Of a stretch of 64,000 bases of DNA, positions 1 through 9,238 are shown piece by piece. The notes below the pieces were generated by a model that worked only from the letters and a program-made list of their open reading frames with translations, was not told the origin of the DNA and made no database searches. This stretch comes from a bacterium (GTDB taxonomy: Bacteria > Electryoneota > Electryoneia > Electryoneales > Electryoneaceae): contig CAXXKJ010000002.1 of assembly GCA_963675295.2 (NCBI GenBank), positions 4,192,001 through 4,256,000 of the forward strand, given 5' to 3'. Every line of letters begins with the position of its first letter. The stretch's first letter is position 1. Both the position numbers and the translations under genes were made by a program.

Positions 1-60
1 CTGCGCCGCCACAAAGACCGGCAGCACCAGCAAAAACATGCCCGTCATGAAGTACTTCAT
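1..60 (-). CDS. 5' end of a secreted protein (runs off window)
   Basis: ATG at 60 reads MKYFMTGMFLLVLPVFVAAQ (signal-peptide-like); G-rich RBS upstream. Confidence 0.6.
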   Translation of the reverse strand, partial: MKYFMTGMFLLVLPVFVAAQ

Positions 61-156
61 GGTGTATCCCCCCCGTTTATCCCCTACAAACACGAATGTT
101 TTAAAATGATAACACGGGAACCCCGTCAGCATAAAGCCGTTAATTGCGAAAATTGC

Positions 157-186
157 AAAAAAAAGCCACAACAAGATGCTGTGGCT
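157..186 (-). terminator. Intrinsic terminator
   Basis: AGCCAC...GTGGCT stem followed by T8 on minus strand, downstream of 233..2608. Confidence 0.7.
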
Positions 187-232
187 GTTGGACTTGCTAA
201 TAAGGAGAGTCTAACTCCGCTCTGGATCACAC

Positions 233-2608
233 TCAGCGCACGAGCATCACCTTCTGGACCGCATTCAGTTGGCCGGGAACGGTCGCGCGCACGAAATACA
301 TCCCGCTCGCCAGATTCGAACCGTCCAGCGTGAATGTGTGCGTCCCGGCGTCAACCGAACCCCGCACAAGTTCCGCAACCTGCTGACCCATCACGTTGTA
401 CACGGTCACGGTCAGTTCGGACGTTGCAGGTAATGTCACCTGAAGCTTCGTTGTTGGGTTAAACGGATTCGGGTAGATCGGCTGCATCTCATACACGGTC
501 GGTAGAAAGCCCTCGGACGCTACGGTTTCGCCCATCTCGAATTCACCCCTCGCTGACCATTCGTTGATTTCCGTGCCATCGATCACCGCCGCATTCTTTG
601 CAAACGGGAAGAAGCCCCCGAACTGTGGACCGCCGCCATTGGGGTTTACACCGATCCAGGCCCACATCTCGTAGTCGCCAGCCGGAGCGAAACTCGGGAT
701 GTCTTGCATCAGACTGCCAGTGAGGTCCATGTAGGGTGTTAAGGTAAATGTATACTGGAATTGTATCTGCGGGTAGAACGTGCCGTTTGGAAGTTTGACC
801 TTTGTCCAGAACCAGACTCCGGGATAGCTGTTCGGCAAATCACTGACCACATTCGCATCGAATTCGAGTAATCCTCCGTTAGCTGGCAGGTTGGTGCCTG
901 AGGTTGGTGTTAAGATGACTTCAACAGGATCGGCTTCGCCACCGCTAATGGTGAAGACTCCGCTGACGTCTGAGATGGCTGGATCATTCACCGAGGCAAT
1001 CTCGATCTCAAAGTTGGAGCCCGTGTCCCCTGTCTCCGGGATCGTCCATTCGTATGTCCCGTCGCTCGGGGTGGAACTGATGATGGTGGAGTGGAATGAC
1101 CCGTTTATGAGCAGGTTGATCTCGACATTTTCGTCAAGGTTGTCCGACCACTCGATGGTATGGGTTTCACCGCGGGCCCAGACCTCGCCACCGGATGGGG
1201 AGATGATGGAAATCACGGGGCCGGGGGTGGGCTGAATGGAAAGCTCGTTGCTGAAATCGAAGATGAATTCGTTGTCCACCGACGTAACCTTGATTCTCGA
1301 ATGGTGGAGCCACTGCCCCTGGTCGGGGATGGTCCACATGAACGAACCATCGCTGGGGGTGGATTCCGCGATCAGATCCAGAAGCGTGCCGGTCCACCAC
1401 TCGAGGCGTACGTCTCCGGTGATGTTGTCGTCCCAGGTGATCTCGTAGGTGAACCCATGGTACCAGGTTTCGCCGCCGAGGGGGTTGGTGATGTGAATCT
1501 CCGGCCCGCTGTAGGGAACTTGCTCCCACCAACTGAACCCATCGGCTCCACGGCTCATCAGGTCAATGTCGCCGTCGCCGTCGATGTCGCCGGACACAAC
1601 TCCATAGTAAGGCTGCACCACTTCGGTGACGAAGTGTGAGTCGAACAGAAATGACCCATCGTTGATCCAGTACGTCAGTTTGTCTTCGTACAGGCCACCA
1701 TATTGGTTCTGGTGAGCCGTAACGATGTCCAGGTCTCCGTCGTTGTCGATGTCAACGACCGAGCGACCATTGGATTGGGGCGCTCCTCCTGGAATATTGT
1801 AATCGGACCAGTCGTCACCTGCCCCTTCGTTTTCGATCCAGCCCAGAGTGCTCTCCGCGGTGAAGATATCGGTGTCGAAATCGCCGTCTATGTCGACTGC
1901 GATCATTCCACCGAAATTGTTGAAGGAGATCGTTACTATTGGGAAAGATGAGCCGTCCCCGTTCACGTTTTCGTAGAGAACAGTATCGTTGTTGCTCGCG
2001 ACAATATCGTTGTCACCGTCGTTATCCACGTCCAGGATGATGATGTCCCTGAAGTCCTGCCAGCCACCATCCTGCAGATAGTGGATTTCCCACGGGTCGG
2101 ATCCGTTGTTCCTGATCCATGTATTGCCATATTGACCCCGAGTCAGGGCGAGGTCCGGATCGCCGTCTCCATCGATGTCACCCACGTCCATAGCGCTGCA
2201 GGCCATAAGATCTTCGGTGATGGTCTCGATGTCCCAGTAGATGGTATCCCCCTGGGTCTGATACCACACCCAGACCGTCGTGAGCCCCACCCCCGCAATG
2301 TCGAGGTCACCATCACCATTGAAATCGGCGACGGCGCAGTCCCGCAGATGCTGCCAGCCGGAGACCACGGTGTGTTCGGCGAAGGAGTCGCCGTTGTTGA
2401 TGTTTTCCATCCACCAGAGTCCGGCGTACCAGTAGGCGTACTGGTTGTAGACGGCGTCCAGGTCGCCGTCCTGGTCCAGGTCGACCAATTCGAAATGCGT
2501 TGTTCCCCCCTCAGTATCAGGGATGGGATGCTGAACCCAGCCTATCTGGCCCAAGACCATCATCGGAATGGCGATTACGAGCAACAGTGAATAGCGCAGA
2601 ACCTTCAT
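233..2608 (-). CDS. Secreted FG-GAP repeat protein with two Ser/Thr-rich Ig-like (Kre9-like) domains and T9SS-type CTD
   Basis: Repeated DxDxDGDxD motifs; two P.GGE.W..G....I.W.DN repeats; YPNPFNP...KVMLVR tail; start moved to MKVLRY (signal peptide). Confidence 0.85.
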   Translation of the reverse strand: MKVLRYSLLLVIAIPMMVLGQIGWVQHPIPDTEGGTTHFELVDLDQDGDLDAVYNQYAYWYAGLWWMENINNGDSFAEHTVVSGWQHLRDCAVADFNGDGDLDIAGVGLTTVWVWYQTQGDTIYWDIETITEDLMACSAMDVGDIDGDGDPDLALTRGQYGNTWIRNNGSDPWEIHYLQDGGWQDFRDIIILDVDNDGDNDIVASNNDTVLYENVNGDGSSFPIVTISFNNFGGMIAVDIDGDFDTDIFTAESTLGWIENEGAGDDWSDYNIPGGAPQSNGRSVVDIDNDGDLDIVTAHQNQYGGLYEDKLTYWINDGSFLFDSHFVTEVVQPYYGVVSGDIDGDGDIDLMSRGADGFSWWEQVPYSGPEIHITNPLGGETWYHGFTYEITWDDNITGDVRLEWWTGTLLDLIAESTPSDGSFMWTIPDQGQWLHHSRIKVTSVDNEFIFDFSNELSIQPTPGPVISIISPSGGEVWARGETHTIEWSDNLDENVEINLLINGSFHSTIISSTPSDGTYEWTIPETGDTGSNFEIEIASVNDPAISDVSGVFTISGGEADPVEVILTPTSGTNLPANGGLLEFDANVVSDLPNSYPGVWFWTKVKLPNGTFYPQIQFQYTFTLTPYMDLTGSLMQDIPSFAPAGDYEMWAWIGVNPNGGGPQFGGFFPFAKNAAVIDGTEINEWSARGEFEMGETVASEGFLPTVYEMQPIYPNPFNPTTKLQVTLPATSELTVTVYNVMGQQVAELVRGSVDAGTHTFTLDGSNLASGMYFVRATVPGQLNAVQKVMLVR

Positions 2609-3179
2609 CAGTCTATCCCCCCAATTATCGATCAAGAACACCTTCGACGGTCGCGTCCCGAAGTTTGGTGGAAACTGCGATCCACCCTCAGCTGTTGAAA
2701 GCTACGCCGCATCTAGAAAGCGATCAACCGAATCAAGCGGGGATCGGCATTTTTGTGATTTCGTTCACCTACTTCCCCATCGACCCATATTTTGTTGTGA
2801 CAAGCACTTAAGTCCCCCCCCATTAACTCCGAGAGCGTATTACCCAGGCCTAACATTTCGGTCTGTCACGATTCAAGGGATCGCATCATCCAATGCGATG
2901 AAGAGGATTTCGGCAGATACGAAAGCGCCTCTTGAGCTGGATAGCCTGGGGGCGTGTGGGTGACTGCTGGCATGTTGTAGTTACGCGACATTTCTGTCAG
3001 ATCGGGGTGCCGGTGGAAAATACCCGGTGAGGAAAATACCGGGCTTTCGACATAGACCGAGCCAGGGAACGTTCAGTTGATTTTTTTTTTTTGAAATTTT
3101 TTGGTGGGACACATAGTGCGGTTCGGACGCGGTTTTCCATATCTTTCCCTTTGAAACCTTTCGTATAGGAAGTTCATAG

Positions 3180-3210
3180 AAAAAGGCGCCGATCTGACCG
3201 AAGCGCCCTT
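3180..3210 (-). terminator. Intrinsic terminator-like hairpin
   Basis: GGCGC...GCGCC stem with T5 tail on minus strand. Confidence 0.5.
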
Positions 3211-3294
3211 GCTAACTGACTGCCAGCCAAGTAATTTCTGTAGGTCAAGCAAGAATAGTATCCCAATGTAACTTGTCCGCCGGTGGAGGATTAG

Positions 3295-3429
3295 ATGCTG
3301 AAGTGGTCGAAGGAACATATTGAAGCCGTGGACAAGGACTGTCCGGGTATCGCTGAGCAGATCTATAGATTTGAAGCGAACCAACTGCCGGACTGCCCGT
3401 ACTGTAGCTCAGATGACACAGCGCTTGTC
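3295..3429 (+). pseudogene. Small Zn-ribbon-like protein truncated by IS3
   Basis: GGAGG RBS; CPYCSSDDTA motif; reading frame runs into the IS end at 3430. Confidence 0.55.
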
Positions 3430-3438
3430 TGTATGTCT

Positions 3439-4479
3439 TCAAAGCCTTTGGGACAGAAGCTTAGTTATGGTTCCGGTCTTTTCAGTGTAGTGGTTTTCTC
3501 GTGTTGATCTCAAGTTTTGTCGTCTTCTTTCCTGCAGTGTTTTCCGTTTGATCTCCTCGCGTTTGGTTTGAATTTCGTGGTAGCGGCCGCTGTACATGTC
3601 GGCCGGTGTGATGTTGTCCAGCGATTCGTGGACACGTTCGTGGTTGTACCAAGTGACGAAGGCATCGATCTGATGTCGTAAGTCGTCCGGGAACCAGTAG
3701 TTCTGCAGCTTGATAAGGTTCTTCATCGTGCGGTGGTAGCGTTCGATCTTACCCTGTGTCATCGGGTGATACGGCTTGCCGCGCGTATGGTCCATCTTCT
3801 GATCTGACAGGTACTTCGCCAGTTCTTTCGACACATAGCACGGCCCGTTGTCCGACAGCAGCCGGGGACGGTGACGCACGGTCACCTGGTCGATTCCGGC
3901 ATGTTCAAGTGCCAGATCGAGGGTTTCCTTCACGTCATCCGCTGACATGGTCGTAAACAGCTTCCACGACAGGATGTAGCGGCTGTAATCGTCCATCACC
4001 GTCGACAGGTAATACCACCCCCAGCCGACCACCCGGAAGTACGTGAAATCCGTCTGCCACAGCTCGTTGATCCGGCGGGTCGGATTCTTGAATTTATCCG
4101 CCGCCTTCAGCACGATGTAATTCGGGCTGGCAATCAAATCATACGACTTAAGTATCCGGTATACACTGGATTCCGAGATGTACCAGCCGTGCTCGTCGGT
4201 AATGTGCCAGGCCAGTTCACGGGGTGTCTTGTCCGGATGGTCCAGCGCCAGGTCACGCACCCGTTTCTTCTCCTGATCCGGGATCTTGTTCCAGAACTGG
4301 CGCACGACGGGCTTCCGATCGACCAGACCGTCAAAGCCATCATCCACGTACTGGCTATACCAGCGATAGAACGTGCTGCGCGGGATGTCCAACTGCTCCA
4401 GCGTGCGTTTCACACCCAGATCGGACTGCTCCACCAGACGGATGATTTCCAGCTTCTCTGAAGCGCTGTGTCGCATCAT
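3439..4479 (-). CDS. IS3 transposase OrfB (DDE integrase core)
   Basis: WQTDFTY, LSDNG, GKIERYHRT DDE motifs. Confidence 0.95.
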   Translation of the reverse strand: MMRHSASEKLEIIRLVEQSDLGVKRTLEQLDIPRSTFYRWYSQYVDDGFDGLVDRKPVVRQFWNKIPDQEKKRVRDLALDHPDKTPRELAWHITDEHGWYISESSVYRILKSYDLIASPNYIVLKAADKFKNPTRRINELWQTDFTYFRVVGWGWYYLSTVMDDYSRYILSWKLFTTMSADDVKETLDLALEHAGIDQVTVRHRPRLLSDNGPCYVSKELAKYLSDQKMDHTRGKPYHPMTQGKIERYHRTMKNLIKLQNYWFPDDLRHQIDAFVTWYNHERVHESLDNITPADMYSGRYHEIQTKREEIKRKTLQERRRQNLRSTRENHYTEKTGTITKLLSQRL

Positions 4480-4862
4480 TCGTCCGGGTCGATACCCTGA
4501 TCGATGCAGCTTTTTTTTAGGTACTGATTCTGCAGATACAGATCCGAAACACCACGCCGAAGCTCTTCGTTTTCACGTTTCAGCTGCTTCACTTCGTCGC
4601 TGCTGGCTTCACGTTTCGTGTCGCCCTGCAGACGCTTCTTCCCGGCTTCCAGAAATTCCTTCGACCAGCTATAATACTGATTTGCGTGAATCTCTTCGAT
4701 CCGGCACAGCTCGGCGATGCTCATCTCGCCACGCAGACCTTCCAGCACGATGCGGATCTTCTCTTCGGACGAAAACTTCCGGCGGGTACGACGCTTCACT
4801 TCGCGTACGGCTTCTTCGGATGGCGACTTCTTTGGCCTTGGGCTCATGACTGACCTCCTCAT
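4476..4862 (-). CDS. IS3 transposase OrfA (HTH plus leucine zipper)
   Basis: RRKFSSEEKIRIVLEGLRGE HTH; coiled coil ending LKKS on an A8 slippery run; ATGA overlap with orfB. Confidence 0.9.
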   Translation of the reverse strand: MRRSVMSPRPKKSPSEEAVREVKRRTRRKFSSEEKIRIVLEGLRGEMSIAELCRIEEIHANQYYSWSKEFLEAGKKRLQGDTKREASSDEVKQLKRENEELRRGVSDLYLQNQYLKKSCIDQGIDPDE

Positions 4863-4933
4863 TCGTCAATCTAAGACCAAAACCATAACTAACTACAGAC
4901 CTACAAATGTCCCACTTCCTCTGACGTCAGACA

Positions 4934-5467
4934 GGCAAGTTCAAGTAATGTGTCTGGAGTATGGTGGTCATCAGCACCGAGGCATATATCTGGTCTTGCT
5001 GCCTTTGGATAGAGTTCAAATGGCAGAGGTCTTTCCGGATATGAGTGAATGTCGATAATTACGGCATGCCCGAATTGTTTAAGCATGTTATCAACAACGT
5101 CTGCAAACTCTTTATGGTGCGGATCATAGTAGGTGCGTTTCAAACGTTCTGAATCCTGACTCGATAAGCGTCGCATGGGTTCGCCATTGTGCCGCTTCAC
5201 ATAGGTCGCGCCCATGCCCTTGTCTGCCATGGGTTCAGCATCGTCGTTCCTAAACCTCTCAGGGTCGACAAGAAGACGGCTGTATTTGTATCTTAGTACA
5301 TGATATTCTGCCTTGGCAGCGGACAAAAACTGGTCGGTAAAATGGTCAGTCATGATGTTCAACTCGGTTTCCATCTCATCATTGGTCAAGAAGTAGTGAG
5401 ACGCTTCCGCAGCTGGAATCTCACGAGAGCTATGTGGTACATGAATCAGAACCGGGTTCGGGCACAT
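4934..5467 (-). pseudogene. N-formylglutamate amidohydrolase family protein, 3'-truncated by IS3
   Basis: HVPHSS, TDHFTD, SRLLVDPERF, YYDPHH, IDIHSYP, PDICLG motifs; C-terminus replaced by IS sequence. Confidence 0.8.
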
Positions 5468-5519
5468 ATGTCATCCTCTAGTTAGCAAGTTTAAACTATC
5501 CTTAAGGGAGGTCCACAGT

Positions 5520-6278
5520 ATGAATATAGCTGATTTCAGTGAGGTCGCGCAGTTATTGCTAGCAGACACGGGTTACATCTGGGACGCCATAGAGAATTAT
5601 GAGGGCGAATGCTTTGAGTTTTATATGAAGGAGGAACACAGCATCACCTATGATAAAGAGAACGACTTATGGCTAGACGATGGAAACAACTCTATCGACG
5701 AGGACAAGATACATGATGATTATTTGTGGGATTTTCAACACGATTATTCCAAAATTATAGAATACCTTCGTGAATATATTGATAACACATCAGATGAAAT
5801 GGGTACTATACTAGAGTTTGCCATCCCATCAATGTTTACAAGTTCGGGTTTAGGAAACTGGTATGCAAAGATTAAAGATAAGTATTATTTTTTTTCAGAG
5901 AGTGAATATAGGCCTGAATATGACCAATATGATCCTAACTATGACTGGCAAAAAGATGGTAGTTTTAATTACAATATGTGTTTAGATTACATAATCAAAG
6001 CATCTGAATGGGATCCTGTTAAAGAAATGCGTAAGCTCTCATCCAGCTTTGAACGAGCAAAGGGTGATCACGACGAAAATGACGATATTGATCAATGGCC
6101 CGATCTTTTCCAAGTTCATCCTGCAGATCCAGATTCGTTGGTTGAAATCTTTACAGGTAAAGATCCAACGACAGTAGGTGAGAAGGAAGCCAAAGCACTC
6201 CGATTAAAAGTCGCTAACTATCTTTCTCGGTGGGGCTTTGCATCCAATGGTGAACCACTCCCTACGAAAAGGAAATAG
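5520..6278 (+). CDS. Acidic hypothetical protein
   Basis: GGGAGG RBS; 252-aa low-GC ORF, D/E/Y/W-rich; no motif recognised. Confidence 0.75.
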   Translation: MNIADFSEVAQLLLADTGYIWDAIENYEGECFEFYMKEEHSITYDKENDLWLDDGNNSIDEDKIHDDYLWDFQHDYSKIIEYLREYIDNTSDEMGTILEFAIPSMFTSSGLGNWYAKIKDKYYFFSESEYRPEYDQYDPNYDWQKDGSFNYNMCLDYIIKASEWDPVKEMRKLSSSFERAKGDHDENDDIDQWPDLFQVHPADPDSLVEIFTGKDPTTVGEKEAKALRLKVANYLSRWGFASNGEPLPTKRK

Positions 6279-6334
6279 CTTTTACACGTCATGCAAGCTT
6301 GCGTACATTTGGCATTAAGATACAAGAGGCATTC

Positions 6335-7360
6335 ATGAGCAAATTTATGCAAGGATTTCTTCAGGACCTTAAACGTGATTTATTGATCGATGATGAGTGG
6401 TATATTGATCACGATGATGGGTTCGAGTGGTGGCCTGGACCCTATTCCCAACGCATAAGGATGATAGGACCTAAAGAATTTAAGGGGATGAAGCTCTATA
6501 AGGTTTCCGCAACGACAAAGATACTTTCAATCAAGAAAAAGTTGTTTGGAAAAAATAGAACTGAACAAGCACTGCTTTTACTTAATCGTTATCCGTTATT
6601 AAATTCGTATGTTTACGATAAAAAACAATCGGTAGTTTCTATATGCTCTTCGTGCTATTTCCCTGAGGCAAGCAAAGTTGGATATCTGTACTGGACGTCT
6701 ATTTCTGCTGCATTTCAAGTTGCACTTGGGGCAATTGGCCTTGAACTTTTGCCGGAACTGTGTGGTGGCCATGTCTTCACAAGCAACCATCCTGCCAGGA
6801 TGGTTCGAACGGACCTTGATGATCTCACAAATATTATCGCAAGCTTGGAACATAAAGTTCATGAGATGTTTTCATCAAGAATAGCAATAGAAATTGATAA
6901 GGTTGGTAAATTTTTAAATGATAATACTGATTTTCTGACAAACTATGAAGAGGATCAACTAACTACCGAGTTACCATTTATTTCTGAAGAACCAGCTGTC
7001 ATGAAATATCTTAATTTGACTGATGGCTCACCATATTCAGAGACCGTCCTACTAAGAATACTCACTGTGGATCAACACCCTAAGCTTAACGAAGGCTTTT
7101 TAGTTCAGATTTCCCTTCCAATTCGTCTTTCAGAAAAATGCATCACAGAACTGAACAGAATAGAAACCGAGCGATTTTACGGCACGCATGTATTCGGTGC
7201 TTGGACTAATGACCATACACTAGGACCTACCCATTCTATTTTTCTGCCATTTGTGGTGTACAAGGATAACACACTTTTAAACACTGTGTTGTCCATGATA
7301 CTGCGTTCGCAAAATGTTAGAGAATTTACGGTATTTCCTGATCGCCTAAAATTTTGCTGA
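6335..7360 (+). CDS. Hypothetical protein, possibly tandem YbjN/T3SS-chaperone-like domains
   Basis: Long ORF, GAGG RBS before MSKF; two LN-containing helix-strand segments (LLNRYP..., ELNRIE...GAW); fold call is pattern inference. Confidence 0.65.
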   Translation: MSKFMQGFLQDLKRDLLIDDEWYIDHDDGFEWWPGPYSQRIRMIGPKEFKGMKLYKVSATTKILSIKKKLFGKNRTEQALLLLNRYPLLNSYVYDKKQSVVSICSSCYFPEASKVGYLYWTSISAAFQVALGAIGLELLPELCGGHVFTSNHPARMVRTDLDDLTNIIASLEHKVHEMFSSRIAIEIDKVGKFLNDNTDFLTNYEEDQLTTELPFISEEPAVMKYLNLTDGSPYSETVLLRILTVDQHPKLNEGFLVQISLPIRLSEKCITELNRIETERFYGTHVFGAWTNDHTLGPTHSIFLPFVVYKDNTLLNTVLSMILRSQNVREFTVFPDRLKFC

Positions 7361-7445
7361 AGTGTGAGTTGAATTTTGGTATTTGCCGACGCTTGAATAT
7401 CTAAAACGCGGATAGGATCGTTGCTTACAACTTCCTATCGATAGA

Positions 7446-7629
7446 TCAACCGGTATCGCGTCGATTCTGCCACAGCTCTTCCAGCAGCGCCTCCACCTGT
7501 TTCTCTTGAAATGCTGTTGATCCTGGCGTGTAGGATGATGCATGGGCACCGGGTAGGTCTTCAGCATACGCAGGTTCGATTCGTGGTTCTTCACTGAAGC
7601 AACGAGTCGAGATCGTTTTGATTAGACAT
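7446..7629 (-). pseudogene. Disrupted paralog of the 95-aa ORF at 13813..14100
   Basis: Frame 7595->7446 reads SEEPRIEPAYAEDLPGAHASSYTPGSTAFQEKQVEALLEELWQNRRDTG; nearest ATG (7629) is one base out of frame. Confidence 0.6.
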
Positions 7630-7655
7630 GGTCCCTGCCACCAGATTTCTTTTGT

Positions 7656-8510
7656 CTACTTCTGCGATTCCCACTCCTTGATATACCTCGTCACAACGGG
7701 AAAACCGGATTGCTGTGCCAACTCAGCAGCAGTGAGTCCTTCGTCATCAAGGATGTCTGTCTTTGCACCGTGTTGCAGTAAGAGTTCACAACATTCAAGG
7801 AAACCAAGCTTTGCCGCGTAATGCAGTGGTGTCCATGTTGTGTAATCAGCCTTGTTCGAATCAGCTCGCCAGCTAAGCAGGAATCGCACCCTTGCAATAT
7901 CCAGATCGTAAACTGCTTTTGTCAGCGCTGTCATACCATGCGAGTCAAATTCATGTATAATTTGACGATGAGTAGTTTGTATCACTCCTCGTTTTACTGC
8001 TAAATCATAGATATTTTCATTGTTTTTTCCGACACCCTCCAAGGCAAGGGCTCCATGTTCGAATAACGAATCGAAGACCCCAAAACGCTCAAAATCACCT
8101 ACACCAAGACTTTCCCAACCCTGCGCTAATTCAATGTAGATTGGAGGCACTCCCCAGGCGTCAAATCCGTCTATATCTACACCAGCTTCCTTCAGAATAC
8201 GGATGCAACCGAAGGCGTCCAGATACACTGCCAGATGGATCAGATTGCCGCTGATTATCCCTGGATTGATCCGATTTGTGTCCTGCTTCCAGAAAGGCAA
8301 GATCTTGTGCAAATAATAGTAATGTGCTGTATCTGGGTCAGCAAACTTCTTGGGATCAAAACTTTCGAAGGCCGCCTGAATTATGAAGTCATCGTAGCCA
8401 TCTATCCTGTAGTCAGCGGCGTCTGGTTCACCTAGCAGTAGAAGACGAAGACGTTCCGTGTCGTCTTGAGCAATAGCGATGATAACTTCCTTGAACCAAG
8501 CTTCTTCCAT
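7656..8510 (-). CDS. Ankyrin repeat protein
   Basis: GMTALTKAV, WTPLHYAAKLGFLECCELLLQHGA, GLTAAELA ankyrin motifs. Confidence 0.9.
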   Translation of the reverse strand: MEEAWFKEVIIAIAQDDTERLRLLLLGEPDAADYRIDGYDDFIIQAAFESFDPKKFADPDTAHYYYLHKILPFWKQDTNRINPGIISGNLIHLAVYLDAFGCIRILKEAGVDIDGFDAWGVPPIYIELAQGWESLGVGDFERFGVFDSLFEHGALALEGVGKNNENIYDLAVKRGVIQTTHRQIIHEFDSHGMTALTKAVYDLDIARVRFLLSWRADSNKADYTTWTPLHYAAKLGFLECCELLLQHGAKTDILDDEGLTAAELAQQSGFPVVTRYIKEWESQK

Positions 8511-8538
8511 AGATTCTGCCTTTCCTGAGTACTCAGTT

Positions 8539-8970
8539 TTAATTCCGATCCCTGAGTTCAGCGCGAACCTGCATAAGTATTTGACCTAAGTGATTTTTTC
8601 CGCGACCAGTTCGAAGATCGACACCCCAGTACGTATCGCCCCAACGGTTGCCTTCCTGGATGTGTTCGTTCCCAGTGGCAAGCAGTTGCTGAGCCATTAT
8701 TGTGTGCTGCTGAAATTTAGCACGCACGCCTTCGAGCATCACGTTCCGTTTCATGTGATCCCAGTTCTTCTGCAACTTTACCCGCTGACCTTCGCGCTTT
8801 GCCTGTTCAGGTGATGCAAGCTTGCGGATTTTTTCAGCTTCACCCTGATCAGCACACTTGCTTGCCTGAAAGAAGTGTTCGACGGTAGGATATCGCTTCC
8901 CATCCACATCGATGGGGGATTCGAGGAAGTTGTCCAGAAACTCGTAGTCTTCTGAAAATCGCTTGATCAT
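8539..8970 (-). CDS. NADAR (YbiA-like) family protein
   Basis: FLDNF, YPTVEHFFQASK, KFQQH, LLATG, DTYWG, GKNHLGQILMQVR motifs. Confidence 0.92.
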   Translation of the reverse strand: MIKRFSEDYEFLDNFLESPIDVDGKRYPTVEHFFQASKCADQGEAEKIRKLASPEQAKREGQRVKLQKNWDHMKRNVMLEGVRAKFQQHTIMAQQLLATGNEHIQEGNRWGDTYWGVDLRTGRGKNHLGQILMQVRAELRDRN

Positions 8971-9115
8971 ATAGTCTCCAGACTGTGCCTCTTCAATGCC
9001 CTTAAATTCAGATCTGTCAACAGCGGCTATCAACCGCTAGTTTTAACACCAACGTCAGTTAGTTGCCGTGCAGTGTACCTAGGATTTCTACTCACCATAA
9101 CTCGAAACTGAACTC

Positions 9116-9143
9116 AAAAGGGAATCTCGGAAGATTCCCTTTT
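9116..9143. terminator. Bidirectional intrinsic terminator
   Basis: AAAAGGGAATCT-CGGA-AGATTCCCTTTT perfect hairpin. Confidence 0.8.
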
Positions 9144-9238
9144 CTGGCGCGGATGTAATTAATCAGATTCCATTCAGTAAGGTGGCATCATGTCGCGGGA
9201 AGTGATCCATTGCGCCAGGCACCCCCACCGAATTCGTG

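Larger units (their letters stand above)
3430..4933 (-). mobile_element. IS3-family insertion sequence (~1504 bp)
   Basis: TG...CA ends; 26-bp imperfect terminal IRs TGTATGTCTTCAAAGCCTTTGGGACA / TGTCTGACGTCAGAGGAAGTGGGACA (18/26); orfA plus orfB; no target duplication. Confidence 0.9.

Noticed and set aside
3114-3121. TAGTGCG as the left att of the outer element
   Set aside because: Only 7 bp match to the 43-bp att, and the same heptamer also occurs near 14175; not significant.
7656-7658. Pyrrolysine or recoded TAG in the ankyrin gene
   Set aside because: No pyl genes here and other genes end normally at TAG; a frameshifted downstream paralog is simpler.
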